This document shows positions 36,151 through 37,351 of a DNA stretch of 37,351 nt, in pieces (positions within the stretch are counted from its first letter, which is position 1; each line of letters opens with the position of its first letter). This DNA comes from Hydrurus foetidus (taxonomy: Eukaryota): assembly GCA_900617105.1 (NCBI GenBank), contig UYFQ01000733.1, positions 1 through 37,351 on the forward strand, given 5' to 3'. The translations under genes were made by a program, and so were the position numbers. The notes below the pieces were generated by a model that searched no databases, had not been told where the DNA came from, and saw only the letters and a program-made list of their open reading frames with translations.

Positions 36151-36245
36151 TACACACACACGGACACACACACACACACACACACACAATAGAACACTTC
36201 CACACACGCATACACACAGACATACACACACTCAGACATACATAA
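36151..36245. repeat. (CA)n-rich microsatellite region downstream of the gene
   Basis: CACACA runs with CAGA/CATA variants. Confidence 0.85.
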
Positions 36246-37351
36246 CCAGTGCGCATGCGGTCACATGGGCTGGGAGACTCGTGCTTCCTCTCATGCAGAG
36301 ACAGACGGACAGATACGCACACACAGGCGTCGACAGATAAAGATACAGTGCAACAGATGGACGCACACGCAAATAGATACACGAGCAGATAGGGAGCAGC
36401 ACTTAAACACACGAACACAGACATTCTCTCTGTGGTTCCGATAGCCTTTCCCTCCAAGGAGAGACATAGTACCGCAGTCAGTCACACTCACTCACCCACC
36501 AACCCATCTGATGTCTGTCTGTAAGTTTGGGCTGGTCTGGTTGTGCTATGCCACATATTGTCAATTTTATCCCTCGCAATCTATACTGCTAACAGTCTAC
36601 GTACTTACCTACTCTAACTTCTGTACGTACATTTCTATTCTCACTGTACGCAAAGTCCACCCCCCCCTCCCCATAGTATCATATCGCCCATGTCGTCGCC
36701 TGATTTATTCGATGGTTATGCCTTTCCTTTGATTCAGTTTTATTAGTTTACAATTATTAAATTAAATTGTCCACGACAGCCGAATGATTCGATTTTTATT
36801 CTGCACAGAGAAGTGAAATCTAGAAGTGAAATCTGAAAGAGAGAGAGCCTCTGAAAGGGGCAGCACATACACACACACAATTCAATTTAATAACTCGGTG
36901 GCTCTGCTCTGCTTCACAATTGATAGTGCCGAGAGCGTGATAGCGGGTGTGGCATGACTGCGATGTGAGAGGGGAAGAGGTGTGCGTGAATTTGGCACAG
37001 TATGTGAGAGAGAGAATGAATGTGGAGTCGTTTCTCCCGTGCATGATTCTGTCGGATACCAAGACGTCAACGAGGTACAGCCTAGTGGGATGTGCGATGT
37101 GATATAGCGAAGTCAATAGAAGTGCTCCAAATGTAACTGGTGGCATCAGCTAACCGATTCAATTGCACATGTAACTGTGATATATTTTGATTATGGCGGG
37201 AAGAGTGTTGATGTGATAGTCTCCATCCTGTTGTGCTTCGGTCCATGAAGAGAGATCAATTGAGAGAGGTGGGTGGACGACTGTCCGTACAGCTGTGTCC
37301 AGTCTCAGATCACAGTTCACGGGAACTCAGCAATATTTTCGTGCCGTGAAA

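Noticed and set aside
35845..37351. Downstream MoaC/MOCS1B cistron or a convergent minus-strand gene (intron-like GTGAGT...CTGCAG at ~35999-35919)
   Set aside because: No MoaC motifs were seen, and I could not build a coherent exon chain with acceptors. A neighbouring gene end cannot be excluded.

Overview
Eukaryotic nuclear DNA with spliceosomal GT-AG introns; the organism cannot be determined from the window. In order: (1) the 3' part of a Ty3/Gypsy chromovirus-type LTR retrotransposon (protease, RT, RNase H, integrase, chromodomain; four frameshifts; polypurine tract and probable 3' LTR start; ~1-4460). (2) A repeat-rich intergenic zone with a candidate ~450-bp TIR element (5917-6369) and a heptamer array (6546-7019). 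(3) A complete 9-exon gene on the + strand for the molybdenum-cofactor radical-SAM enzyme GTP 3',8-cyclase (MoaA/CNX2/MOCS1A), 8404-35844. Spliced by hand it gives 1062 nt and 353 aa with CX3CX2C, CX2CX13C and the terminal GG intact. The most striking feature is intron 3 (9550-32818, 23,269 nt), which is almost filled by a ~22.6-kb, ~612-copy, near-perfect 37-bp satellite with one common C/A variable position. The 5' end of that intron carries two exact reverse complements of its own 3' splice site, and several other introns have complementary simple repeats at opposite ends. This suggests, as inference only, structure-assisted splicing across a giant satellite intron in a housekeeping gene.
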